Positions 30,421 through 39,824 of a stretch of DNA of 64,000 bases are shown piece by piece. A program made the translations under genes and the position numbers. Within the stretch, counting starts at the first letter, position 1, and every line of letters starts with the position of its first letter. The stretch is from Anaerolineae bacterium (GTDB taxonomy: Bacteria; Chloroflexota; Anaerolineae; B4-G1; SLSP01): the NCBI GenBank assembly GCA_035373625.1, contig DAOSNS010000002.1, forward strand, positions 189,301-253,300. The letters are read 5' to 3'. The notes below the pieces were generated by a model. That model was given only the letters and a program-made list of their open reading frames with translations. It ran no database searches and was not told where the DNA came from.

Positions 30421-31530
30421 ATGAATAAAACTATGATACCTATGTCCTTGCCCGAGATCAACGACGCCGACGTGCAAGCTGTGGTCGAAGTGGTACGTTC
30501 CGGCCGCCTGGCTCTCGGCCCGCAGGCGGTGGAATTCGAGCGGCTGGTCGCGGAGTACATCGGCGTCAAGCACGCGCTGGCGGTCAGTTCCGGGACGGCG
30601 GCGCTACACCTGCTGGTGCGCGCGCTGGGCCTGGGGCCGGGCGACGAAGTGCTTGTCCCCTCGTTCACGTTTGCTGCCAGCGTCAACGCGATCTTATACG
30701 AGGGCGCGACGCCGGTGTTTGTAGATATAGAGCCGGATACCTATAACCTCGACCCTCAGGACGTGGCGCGGAAAGTGACCTCACGCACCAAAGCCATCAT
30801 GGCCGTGGATGTTTTCGGTCATCCGGTGGAGTGGGATGCGATCCTGGAAGTGGCCGGACAGTATGGTTTGCGTGTGATTGACGATTCCTGCGAAGCATTG
30901 GGGGCAGAGTACAGGGGGCGCAAGCTCGGCAGTTTTGGGGATGGGGCGGCCTTCGCCTTCTACCCCAACAAGCAGATGACGGTGGGCGAGGGGGGCATCA
31001 TCGTCACGGACAACGACGAGATCGCCCGCCTGTGCCGCAGTATGCGCAATCAGGGCCGCCCGGAGATGGGCGCGTGGCTCGAACACGAACGCCTGGGCTA
31101 CAATTATCGCCTGGACGAAATGTCGGCGGCGCTGGGCGTCAGCCAGTTCAAGCGGCTGGAAACCTTCCTGGCCAAGCGGGAAAAGGTCGCGCAGATGTAC
31201 ACCCAACGGCTGCAAGCGCTGGATTGGGTGCGCCCGCCAGCGGTCAGGCCATACGTGCGGATGAGCTGGTTCGTCTATGTGGTGACATTAGCCGAAGGGC
31301 TGCGTCGCGATCCGGTCATCCAGAAAATGGAATCTCAGGGCATCCCGGCGCGCGGCTACTTCGCGCCCATCCACACACAACCCTACATCCGCGAGATATT
31401 CGGCGATCTGCAAGGGACTTTACCGGTCACTGAATCTATCGCGGATCGTACGCTGGCTTTGCCTTTTCATAACAATTTAAGTGAAACTGAGATAGAGATC
31501 GTGGTTAAGGCTTTAAAAGACGCCTTATAA
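30421..31530 (+). CDS. DegT/DnrJ/EryC1/StrS-family PLP-dependent sugar aminotransferase (PglE-like)
   Basis: 369 aa. 'SGTAALHLLVRALGLGPGDEVLVPSFTFAAS' and 'AFYPNKQMTVGEGG' PLP-lysine region. Confidence 0.85.
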   Translation: MNKTMIPMSLPEINDADVQAVVEVVRSGRLALGPQAVEFERLVAEYIGVKHALAVSSGTAALHLLVRALGLGPGDEVLVPSFTFAASVNAILYEGATPVFVDIEPDTYNLDPQDVARKVTSRTKAIMAVDVFGHPVEWDAILEVAGQYGLRVIDDSCEALGAEYRGRKLGSFGDGAAFAFYPNKQMTVGEGGIIVTDNDEIARLCRSMRNQGRPEMGAWLEHERLGYNYRLDEMSAALGVSQFKRLETFLAKREKVAQMYTQRLQALDWVRPPAVRPYVRMSWFVYVVTLAEGLRRDPVIQKMESQGIPARGYFAPIHTQPYIREIFGDLQGTLPVTESIADRTLALPFHNNLSETEIEIVVKALKDAL

Positions 31531-31665
31531 AATCACCCCTGGAGAGCCTATATATCACAGAGGCGCACGCAACCATTGCGCCTTTGTGTGTATATGTTAC
31601 AATAATGGCATCCTGGAGATGCATATCGTGTTTTTCCAGGATGGTAGTTATTGAGGGGGATAACC

Positions 31666-33633
31666 ATGAAGACTCAGAATAAAAACCCCGTGGGGTTGCG
31701 GGTACGGTATTTACTTTGGATTGACCTGTTATGTATCATACTTTCGATCGTCTTCAGCTTTGTGATCCGCTACGAAGCCCTCCTTCGGGTATGGCCCTAT
31801 CTTAAACGCAATTGGATCTTGTTTGTCCTGATCCCACTGGTGCGGCTGCCGCTGTACTATGTTTTTCGGCTGTATCGGCGTCTGTGGCGCTATGCCAGTA
31901 TTCAGGAATTCAAGACCATTCTTCTGAGCGGTGCATCGGGATCATTGTTGATTTACCTCGCCAACTTTGGCTTGTTGCCGCTATTGGGAATCCCCTATTG
32001 CCCCTCACGTTCGATTTGGGCGTTGGAGGGTGGGGCGAGCATTGCGTTGTTAGGAGCCACGCGGTTGTTGCTGCGGCTATGGCAGGCGCGAATAACGCCA
32101 CAAGATGCCGCACGGCTTAAGGTGTTGATACAAAACCCACGACGTGTTCTCATCGCTGGGGCCGGTGATGCCGGAGCGATGATACTGCGGGAGGTGCAAA
32201 ATAACCCGAGGATTGGTTTGAATGTAGTGGGTTTTGTGGATGATAATCCTAATAAGTTACACATGCATATCTACGGTATACAGGTGTTGGGGACGCGGGA
32301 TGATATTCCGGCATTGGCCAAGAAAATGCGTATTGACGAAGTGATTATCGCTATGCCCACGGCGCCCGGGAAAGAAATTCGTGCCATCAAAGGGATTTGT
32401 GAAGCGGCCCATGTGTCTTATAAGACAGTTCCCGGCGTTTATGAATTGATTGATGGCAGTGTGAGCGTCAATCAACTGCGCGAAGTACAAATCGAAGACT
32501 TGCTGCGGCGTAATGTCGTGACATTAGGGACAGAGGGTATGGCATATCTGCGCGATGCTGTCGTGATGGTGACAGGTGCGGGCGGTTCGATCGGATCAGA
32601 ACTATGTCGCCAGATTGCAGCACAACGTCCTCGATGTTTGGTTTTGTTGGATCAAGGCGAAAGTGCCGTGTACTATATTGATTTGGAACTGCGGCGTCGT
32701 TTCCCTTCACTGGAGATTGCTCCGGTCATCGCCGATATCCGCGATCCAGCACGCCTGGAGCGGGTGATGGCGCGTTATACTCCTGAGATTATCTTCCATG
32801 CTGCGGCTTACAAACATGTGCCGCTGATGGAACTTAATCCCGAAGAGGCGATTCTGAACAATGTTCAGGGAAGTCGTAACCTACTACAGGTAGCCGAGCG
32901 TTATAATGTCAGGCGTTTTGTGTTGATCTCCACCGATAAAGCTGTACACCCTTCTAACTTTATGGGTGCCAGCAAACGTATCGTTGAATTGTTGGTTCAA
33001 GATGCTGCCAGGCGCAGTGGGCGCAACTTTGTGGCCGTGCGCTTTGGCAATGTATTGGGTAGCGAGGGCAGTGTCGTCCCCCTGTTCAAACAGCAAATTG
33101 CAGCCGGCGGTCCGGTGACTGTGACGCATCCCGATATGACACGTTATTTCATGACGATCCCCGAAGCAGTCCAACTGGTCATCCAGGCTGCGGTTCTGGG
33201 TAAGGGGGGCGAAATCTTTGTTCTGGATATGGGTGAACCGGTGAAAATTGTAGACCTGGCACGTGACTTGATCACCCTTTCGGGCTTGCAGCCGGATAGA
33301 GACATCGAGATTGTATTTACCGGGCTACGTCCCGGCGAAAAACTTGAAGAGTCCTTGTTCAATAAAACTGAATCCTACACCTTGACAGCGCACGAAAAGA
33401 TATTTGTGGTCACAGAAAAAATGCCGATTGAGAGTCAAGCATTGCAATGGGGCGTGCAGAAGCTCATCCGCATGGCGCAGGATGGCGATGTGGAAAACTT
33501 GTGGGCCAGCATTCAGGCGATTGTTCCTGAGTGTCAGCGCCTTCCTGGGGATAAGGGACCACTTATTATACAAGAAAAGATCGCGTCGGTTTGTGGTGGG
33601 GCTGTATCGGCTGCGCTGGAAGCTTCTGCTTAA
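31666..33633 (+). CDS. Membrane-anchored NDP-sugar 4,6-dehydratase (PglF/CapD/WbpM-like)
   Basis: N-terminal TM segments, then two Rossmann regions ('VLIAGAGDAG', 'VMVTGAGGSIGSEL') and 'YKHVPLME'. Start moved to the ATG at 31666, which has a GAGGGGG ribosome-binding site. Confidence 0.85.
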   Translation: MKTQNKNPVGLRVRYLLWIDLLCIILSIVFSFVIRYEALLRVWPYLKRNWILFVLIPLVRLPLYYVFRLYRRLWRYASIQEFKTILLSGASGSLLIYLANFGLLPLLGIPYCPSRSIWALEGGASIALLGATRLLLRLWQARITPQDAARLKVLIQNPRRVLIAGAGDAGAMILREVQNNPRIGLNVVGFVDDNPNKLHMHIYGIQVLGTRDDIPALAKKMRIDEVIIAMPTAPGKEIRAIKGICEAAHVSYKTVPGVYELIDGSVSVNQLREVQIEDLLRRNVVTLGTEGMAYLRDAVVMVTGAGGSIGSELCRQIAAQRPRCLVLLDQGESAVYYIDLELRRRFPSLEIAPVIADIRDPARLERVMARYTPEIIFHAAAYKHVPLMELNPEEAILNNVQGSRNLLQVAERYNVRRFVLISTDKAVHPSNFMGASKRIVELLVQDAARRSGRNFVAVRFGNVLGSEGSVVPLFKQQIAAGGPVTVTHPDMTRYFMTIPEAVQLVIQAAVLGKGGEIFVLDMGEPVKIVDLARDLITLSGLQPDRDIEIVFTGLRPGEKLEESLFNKTESYTLTAHEKIFVVTEKMPIESQALQWGVQKLIRMAQDGDVENLWASIQAIVPECQRLPGDKGPLIIQEKIASVCGGAVSAALEASA

Positions 33634-33653
33634 TTTATGATTCCCAGGTGACT

Positions 33654-34961
33654 ATGTCGGCAAAAAAACCGAGCTATGTGCGACGAGGAGCTGCCTGGAT
33701 TGCCTGTCACGAGATCTGGCTTGTGATCCTGGGTGTTTTGTTAGCATCGGCCTCAATACGGTTTGCGCTGTGGGGATTGGGCCTGTTAGTGGGGATGTGG
33801 CTCATTCGTTGGGTTGGATACGGTCGGCCTACGTTGCAGACGCCAGTGGATTGGCCCGTCGTTATATTGCTCGGTATGGGGGGGATAACCTGGTGGGTCA
33901 CAGCGGACCAGGACGCGACATTCCTTGCGCTCAGCCGCTTGCTGGCCGGTGTATCGTTGATGTATAGCCTGGTCAACTGGGCCACTACACGTACCCGTTT
34001 GCTTTTGATCTTGTGGGGAGGAACGTTGAGCGCGCTGGTGTTGGCGTTGGCAACACCGCTGCTCATCCCCAGGCAGAACTTTACCCCGTTCCTTTCCTGG
34101 TATGCGCGCCTTCCGCACCTGGAAGACCCTCTGAATCCTAATATGGTGGCGGGTGCATTGGTAATGCTGTTGCCTTTTCCGCTAGCGGGCGGTATTTTGC
34201 TGTTAAAATGGAAATTGGCCTCTCTTACTAAACGCAGATTCTCTGTGCCTATGGTAAGGTTTCTACAGCTTTGGCGCATGGTCAGTATACCAACGACATT
34301 GGTATTGTTAGGGGGCTTGTTTTTCACGCAATCGCGGGGTGCCTGGTTGGCAACCGGCGGCGTCGGTTTTATCATCGGTGTGGGATTAACACCACTGTTC
34401 CTGGCGGTGCTGCTATTGCCGATGTTAGGCGGCGGCTGGTTGATATGGCAAGGACGGTTTATGGGCTTCCTGGATGCTTTGGGTTCCGGAGGTGGTATTG
34501 TGGGATGGGCGCAACGAGTAGAGATTTGGAGCCGTGCTCTGTATATTATTCAGGATTTTCCATTTACCGGCGCGGGTGCCAATACCTATTCTCAAGTTGT
34601 GAGTGTGCTTTATCCGCTGTTTTTGGTTCCGCCGACCACCGTTATTCCCCATGCGCACAATCTGTTTTTGCAGGTAGCGATTGACTTAGGGATACCGGGC
34701 CTGATCGCGTTTATAGCTATTGTGTTGAGCGTGTTCTTTTGTGCTGCGCGATGTGTACGTCATTGTGCTGCCGATCCTATCCGACAAGCAGCAGCCTGGG
34801 CAGGAATGGCGAGTTTAACAGCCATGTTGATTCATGGATTGGTAGATGCTACGACGTGGATTGTCGGCTGGGGGGCACCATTGCCCTGGTTGATGTTCGG
34901 GTTAATCCTGGCTACTGCGCTTCACAACGATTCCGATGTTTTAATTGACACACCCGATTAG
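33654..34961 (+). CDS. O-antigen ligase / Wzy_C-family polytopic membrane protein (candidate ligase or O-oligosaccharyltransferase)
   Basis: About 435 aa, around 10 TM segments, and 'HAHNLFLQVAIDLGIPGL', the conserved His-containing periplasmic loop of Wzy_C/WaaL/PglL-type proteins. Confidence 0.6.
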   Translation: MSAKKPSYVRRGAAWIACHEIWLVILGVLLASASIRFALWGLGLLVGMWLIRWVGYGRPTLQTPVDWPVVILLGMGGITWWVTADQDATFLALSRLLAGVSLMYSLVNWATTRTRLLLILWGGTLSALVLALATPLLIPRQNFTPFLSWYARLPHLEDPLNPNMVAGALVMLLPFPLAGGILLLKWKLASLTKRRFSVPMVRFLQLWRMVSIPTTLVLLGGLFFTQSRGAWLATGGVGFIIGVGLTPLFLAVLLLPMLGGGWLIWQGRFMGFLDALGSGGGIVGWAQRVEIWSRALYIIQDFPFTGAGANTYSQVVSVLYPLFLVPPTTVIPHAHNLFLQVAIDLGIPGLIAFIAIVLSVFFCAARCVRHCAADPIRQAAAWAGMASLTAMLIHGLVDATTWIVGWGAPLPWLMFGLILATALHNDSDVLIDTPD

Positions 34962-34984
34962 CCCCAGGCAGGTAAGGGAATGAA

Positions 34985-36139
34985 ATGAATAGCAATGACG
35001 ATGGTCTCTCGCCTTATCTGGCTTTGTGGTTGCAGGGTGAATGTCGTGTATCTGAAGGAAACTTGCTCGCATGGCTCCGCGCGCAACGATTGTTGCCGCT
35101 CTTGATGTGGCGCGCGCAACAGCAAGGCTGGGATTTTCCATCAACATTTGTGTGCGCTGCGCGCGAAGCGCAGTATCGTGAGCAGGCGCAGCAAACAGTA
35201 GCCGAAAATCAGTTGCACGTCTTTGGATCCTTAGCACAATCTTTGAATATCCCAGTCGTGCTGGTCAAGGGCGCTGCTGTAGCGCAGGTCTATCCCCAAC
35301 CCTGGATGCGGCCCTATACAGATATAGACCTTCTGGTTTCTGAGGTGCACATAGGGGACTTCCTGGCGGCGTTGGCAACCCTGGGTTATGTCCCGGTAGA
35401 GAAATCGGTAGGGCAGCGTGGTTATCATGTTCCTCCATTGGTTCCACAAGGCGTCGGAGTCAAAGTCGAAGTGCATACTGCGCTGGCGCGCGAGCGTGAG
35501 CGGGTTCGATTCACGTTTGAGGAGTGGTATGATGACCTGCGCCCCTGGAGTGCTGCTCCTGGCCTGTGGATTCCCGATACTACAGATCATGCTCTCTATT
35601 TGATTCACCATGCAATTGTGCATCATGAGCTCATGCTGGGACTGTTACCGATTGCTGACTTGTATTTCTGGACACAGGGTTGGGATATTTACACCTGGCA
35701 GCAGTTGGCATGTAAGGCTTCGACTGCCGGTCTACACCGAGTGGTCGGCTTAGCATTGGCATTGATGGCATGGGCATGGGATATTGACTGGCCGGAAGAT
35801 ATCTGCCAACTCTTTCCCCGCCCGGCTGGCGATGTTCTGAAAATTGCACAGCGCCTCGTGATTGGTGAGGGAGTGCAGAAAATGCCAAATGTATGGCGTG
35901 ACTTAACCGAGCATAACATGCGTGGACTCTTGAAATATTTGAGTCTGGTCGTATTTGGTGATCCCGGTACCCGGCGTGCTCTACCGTGGAAGGCACGCGC
36001 GCGTTTTTATCTTCAACGCCCTTTTCATCTGTTAAATCATCACGCCCCCACGCTCTGGAAATTGCTGTGTGGGGACCGTCAAACGCGAGCTGCCTGGCAG
36101 GCACAACGGCGATTACAAGCATGGATTCAGGATCAGTGA
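34985..36139 (+). CDS. Nucleotidyltransferase-family protein (NTP_transf_5 / 'uncharacterised nucleotidyltransferase' type)
   Basis: 384 aa. 'MRPYTDIDLLVSEVHIGDF' resembles the DxD nucleotidyltransferase core of this family. Family recall from memory. Confidence 0.45.
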   Translation: MNSNDDGLSPYLALWLQGECRVSEGNLLAWLRAQRLLPLLMWRAQQQGWDFPSTFVCAAREAQYREQAQQTVAENQLHVFGSLAQSLNIPVVLVKGAAVAQVYPQPWMRPYTDIDLLVSEVHIGDFLAALATLGYVPVEKSVGQRGYHVPPLVPQGVGVKVEVHTALARERERVRFTFEEWYDDLRPWSAAPGLWIPDTTDHALYLIHHAIVHHELMLGLLPIADLYFWTQGWDIYTWQQLACKASTAGLHRVVGLALALMAWAWDIDWPEDICQLFPRPAGDVLKIAQRLVIGEGVQKMPNVWRDLTEHNMRGLLKYLSLVVFGDPGTRRALPWKARARFYLQRPFHLLNHHAPTLWKLLCGDRQTRAAWQAQRRLQAWIQDQ

Positions 36140-36275
36140 TTGGATTGCGATTGCATCAATTTTTCGTGGTCTGGCACGTCGGTTTGTCGGTGGAGCGAGG
36201 GATAACTGAAATTGTGCCCTGAACTTGTTCAGAACTCCAGTACGCCACCGGAAATCCCGAAAAAGCCTGCCCTTC

Positions 36276-36303
36276 ATTTGTATCTCCCCCCGCGTGTGTT
36301 ATA
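36276..36303 (+). promoter_or_regulatory. Sigma-70-like promoter candidate upstream of the Wzz-like gene (TTGTAT, 16-nt spacer, TATAAT)
   Basis: Perfect -10 hexamer TATAAT with a TTG-containing -35 at appropriate spacing, about 90 nt upstream of the start. Confidence 0.3.
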
Positions 36304-36390
36304 ATCTCATAGCTTTATCAATGTCCACAAATGGCTGCAGATGAATAACCTTTGCATCGCACTATCGTACATCAGGAGGATAATTCGGGG

Positions 36391-38484
36391 ATGGAAGAAG
36401 AAATAGATTTGCGGGTTTACCTTGACGTTTTGCTCAAATGGTGGTGGCTGATTGCTGTGGCAGCCGCAGGTTTGGGAGTTATAGCCCTGCTTGTCAGTCT
36501 TGTAATGCCACCGGAATACGAAGCGACCGCCAGTGTTGTTTCACTTAAGAGCCGTGCCGAAATCTCTTTGGGATCGGGGTTTCGCACGATTACAGAAGAC
36601 AACGTCAACTATGGGAACATGGTTGGCTCAACGGCGGTCGTTGAGCGGATGCAGCAACGCTTAAACACGCTGGCCGGAGTGGTCAAGAACGGCGCCATCG
36701 CTCAGGAAGTGGCTCAGCAGTTGAGCGAATACCTCGATGAGGAAGACCGCGATCCTACCCAATTGCTAGGATATGTTGAAGGCCGCGTCTTGGAACTGAA
36801 AGAGGGCGGAACAGGAGGGGGAGGCGGTGACACGATTCAAATTGTGGTTTCCCACAAAGACCCTGTGATCGCGGCACGGATTGCCAATGCCTGGGCCCAA
36901 TCTTATGAGACCTATATTAATAAGATCTACGGCGAAGCATCCCTTTCGCCTTTTATGGACATCCAAACCCAGCTGCAACAGGCTCGCGCCGAGTATGACG
37001 CCGCCCAGGAAGCCTATTTAAAGTTTATCTCCGAGGACGATCGAATCAATGAAATCCAACGCCAGATAGATGAGGAAACCGTTATCATCAATAACCTGCG
37101 CACGGCCCGGCAAACGGCCATCTCTGCCGTTGTGGATAAAGAAGTCCAGGTGCGCCAGGCCTTGATTGACGCTTATCTCAGCGATGCCCAAGCCAATCGC
37201 CTGTTTGCTTTTGAGAAAGGGCAGAATGCTAAACGTGAAATTCTGGGCGCCTTGATTGATTCAGAGATCTCCAATCGTTTGGCCGTGATCCACCGCGACC
37301 GTGACATCCGTGAACAACTGTTTAAGACGGCCATCAGTGCAGAGATTGCCGCGCGGTTGCAGGTCTTTGAGCAAGAACGAGATGCTCTACGTGTGGATCT
37401 GGAAGAAGATTACAACCGCAAGCGGCGCGTAGAGAATTTGATGGAGGAGGCGGAAATGATGCGCGAGCAGCTTATCCGGGGAGGAGAGGCCAGCGCGCGC
37501 AGCAACGGCCTGGCGTTGTTGGCCTTCAAGTCACGGGTGTTTAGCACCGCCGAGGGATTGCCTTTCGATCGTCTGGATTTGCAAGCTGCCTCCATTGATG
37601 CTTTAAACCCTGACCGCAGCGCCGCCGAGCAGATCGCCGATCTGGACGCTTTGATCACAGCCATGCACCAGGAAGTACAGCGTTTGGAAGCTGCGATCCG
37701 GGAAAAATCAACTGCGCGTCTGAACGGTGAAGGGTATCAGTTCCTCGATTTGCTTTCACCCGACTATCTCACACTTTCTCTCACCCAGACTTTAGGGGTA
37801 GATGATGCTCTGGTTGCCTCCGCACTCATTTCTCCCAATCTCAGCGATTTCATTTTGGAACGCTATGCGGATATGTTTCAAGTTGGCTCTCTGGCGTTGA
37901 GTGCGCAACATGTAGCCACGGATACGCAACTCTTTGGGGAGATCGAGAAACTCTACCCTGAGTTGTATACCAAAGATCCCTGGATGGAATTGTCGGATTT
38001 GATTCCTGAAACTCCTGAACTGGTGAGTCTGGCTAATCAGATGGCCGATGACCTCTTGAAAATGAAAGGTCTGGAAAAGCTTTTGACCTCCTCGGCATTG
38101 GATGAACCCTTATCCAAAGAGATCGCCCAACGTGAATTACGGGTGCGTGGTTTGGATGCCGAAGTCTCTCGCCTGGTTCAGGAAAAGAAAGATTTGGAAC
38201 AGAATCGCGATTTGACCTGGCAGGCATACTCGGTTTTGCTTTCCAAGGCCCAAGAAGTGACGATTGCTTCTGCCTCAGAAGGCAGCGAGGTGCGTTTTGC
38301 CTCGCCGGCGCTGCCGCCACGCAAGCCGGCAAGTCCCAAGAAACTGCGGAATACGGCCATCGGCATCGCCGTTGGATTGATGGGCGGGGTAGTCGGGGCG
38401 TTCTTGTTTAATTATCTGGGCCTTGATAGTCACCCCCGCGTTTTCTGGACGCAGATAACCAAACGGAAACCGGTCAGCGCCTGA
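36391..38484 (+). CDS. Polysaccharide co-polymerase / chain-length determinant (Wzz/GumC-like), no kinase domain
   Basis: N-terminal 'IDLRVYLDVLLKWWWLIAVAAAGLGVIALLVSLVMPPEYEATASV' Wzz motif. Long coiled-coil periplasmic region. C-terminal TM ('AIGIAVGLMGGVVGAFLF'). Start at 36391 has an AGGAGG ribosome-binding site. Confidence 0.7.
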   Translation: MEEEIDLRVYLDVLLKWWWLIAVAAAGLGVIALLVSLVMPPEYEATASVVSLKSRAEISLGSGFRTITEDNVNYGNMVGSTAVVERMQQRLNTLAGVVKNGAIAQEVAQQLSEYLDEEDRDPTQLLGYVEGRVLELKEGGTGGGGGDTIQIVVSHKDPVIAARIANAWAQSYETYINKIYGEASLSPFMDIQTQLQQARAEYDAAQEAYLKFISEDDRINEIQRQIDEETVIINNLRTARQTAISAVVDKEVQVRQALIDAYLSDAQANRLFAFEKGQNAKREILGALIDSEISNRLAVIHRDRDIREQLFKTAISAEIAARLQVFEQERDALRVDLEEDYNRKRRVENLMEEAEMMREQLIRGGEASARSNGLALLAFKSRVFSTAEGLPFDRLDLQAASIDALNPDRSAAEQIADLDALITAMHQEVQRLEAAIREKSTARLNGEGYQFLDLLSPDYLTLSLTQTLGVDDALVASALISPNLSDFILERYADMFQVGSLALSAQHVATDTQLFGEIEKLYPELYTKDPWMELSDLIPETPELVSLANQMADDLLKMKGLEKLLTSSALDEPLSKEIAQRELRVRGLDAEVSRLVQEKKDLEQNRDLTWQAYSVLLSKAQEVTIASASEGSEVRFASPALPPRKPASPKKLRNTAIGIAVGLMGGVVGAFLFNYLGLDSHPRVFWTQITKRKPVSA

Positions 38485-38571
38485 GTCCGCTATGACTTAA
38501 CAGGCAGGTGTGCCATCTTTTGACGGGATTAACGGGCTAACCCCCCAACGTTCTGACGATCTGCTGGAGAT

Positions 38572-39024
38572 TTGCCGGGTTTGACGAATCAGACGAGGAA
38601 TGTTTTCCCCTGGGGACGCACGCTGCTGGGGCTGATGTTGCTCATCGGCGGGATGGTGTTGCTGTTGCGCGACATCCCGCCGGTGTTGCTTATCTGGGAG
38701 ACGGCCAGCGAGGTGGGCACGGCCGGCTTCAATGTCTACCGTGCCGAGGTGCCCGACGGCGACTTTGTGCAGGTCAACCCCACATTGATTCCCGCTGCCG
38801 GCGATGAACTGGTCGGCGCGAGCTATCGCTTCGCTGACGACAACGTCGCGCCGGGACGCCGCTACCGCTATCGCATCGAGGAGGTCGAGTGGAACGGCGC
38901 GATCAACACCTACCCCGAAACGGTGACGGTGCGCGCCGGTCTGCCGCGTTTTTGGACCAAAGTTGAGGGCGGACTGCTGGTGTTGTTGGCGCTGTGGGTG
39001 CTGTGGCGGAGCTTCAAACGATGA
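38572..39024 (+). CDS. Small bitopic hypothetical protein (N-terminal TM, ~100-aa middle domain, C-terminal TM followed by RSFKR)
   Basis: 150 aa. 'LLGLMLLIGGMVLLL' and 'GGLLVLLALWVLWRSFKR'. Its stop overlaps the downstream kinase start (ATGA). Confidence 0.4.
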   Translation: MPGLTNQTRNVFPWGRTLLGLMLLIGGMVLLLRDIPPVLLIWETASEVGTAGFNVYRAEVPDGDFVQVNPTLIPAAGDELVGASYRFADDNVAPGRRYRYRIEEVEWNGAINTYPETVTVRAGLPRFWTKVEGGLLVLLALWVLWRSFKR

Positions 39025-39824
39025 ACGTCGTCCCCTTCGTCCTGGGCATTGCGGGAACGTCGCTGCGGGTGTTCGGCCCGGAAATCTGGCTGATACCACT
39101 CCGCACAGCCTGGGCCGCCTGGATGCCGACGGAGGAGACGCCGGCATGGGATGTAAAACTGACCGTGGATGCACACCTGGCGGCGCCGCAAGGACCGCTG
39201 TTTGATGTGCGCCCGCAGTGTCGGGGAGGCGTGTGTGCCTTGTGCGCGCCGGGCTTCCAGGCTACGGTGGACGCCGGACAGGGCATGGGACATCTCTGCG
39301 CGCACCCCGACGCAACCCCTGCCGATATTGGCTATTTCCTTCGGGTTGTCCTGGCGTTGCAAGCCTTTACGCGCGGCGGCCTTCTCTTTCACGCTGCCGG
39401 AGTGGCGCATCACGGCAAGGGATATGCCTTGTTCGGCGTCTCCGGAAGTGGTAAGACAACGGCGGCGCATTTCTCCGCGCCGGATCCGGTGCTTAACGAT
39501 GATTTGCTGCTCCTGTGGCCTTCCGCGGCGGGTTGGCAGATATATGCTACACCCTTCGGCAAACGCCGCGGCGCCGTGCGCTGTGTGGCGCTTCACGGCT
39601 TGTTGCGGCTGGTGAAGGATAGCGACGTTTTCCTGGCACCCATGACGTCGGCACAGGCGCTTGGTGAGCTGGTCGCCAATACGCCGGTGCTCTCTGCGGA
39701 TCCGCTGTGGTTGCCGGAGGTTCTGGCGCGTTGGGAGACCGTGCTGGCCCACATACCGGCCTGCGCGCTGCATTTCCGGCGCGATTCAACATTTTGGGAG
39801 GTTATTGATGCCGAGTTGGGATGA
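39021..39824 (+). CDS. HprK-related P-loop kinase (HPr kinase C-terminal-domain-like; 'HprK-related kinase A' type)
   Basis: 'GKGYALFGVSGSGKTTAA' is a Walker-A motif in an HprK-C-like context. About 267 aa. Translationally coupled to a PqqD-family gene. Confidence 0.55.
   Translation: MNVVPFVLGIAGTSLRVFGPEIWLIPLRTAWAAWMPTEETPAWDVKLTVDAHLAAPQGPLFDVRPQCRGGVCALCAPGFQATVDAGQGMGHLCAHPDATPADIGYFLRVVLALQAFTRGGLLFHAAGVAHHGKGYALFGVSGSGKTTAAHFSAPDPVLNDDLLLLWPSAAGWQIYATPFGKRRGAVRCVALHGLLRLVKDSDVFLAPMTSAQALGELVANTPVLSADPLWLPEVLARWETVLAHIPACALHFRRDSTFWEVIDAELG

Noticed and set aside
38572-39024. C-terminal TM helix plus basic tail (RSFKR) considered as a PEP-CTERM/exosortase sorting signal
   Set aside because: No PEP (or other known) tripeptide motif precedes the helix and no exosortase/archaeosortase gene is present in the window. 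Kept only as a bitopic protein.
38497-39773. 225-aa and 287-aa minus-strand ORFs
   Set aside because: Overlap the bitopic protein, HprK-like and PqqD genes on the opposite strand. Arg/Pro/Gly-rich low-complexity translations.
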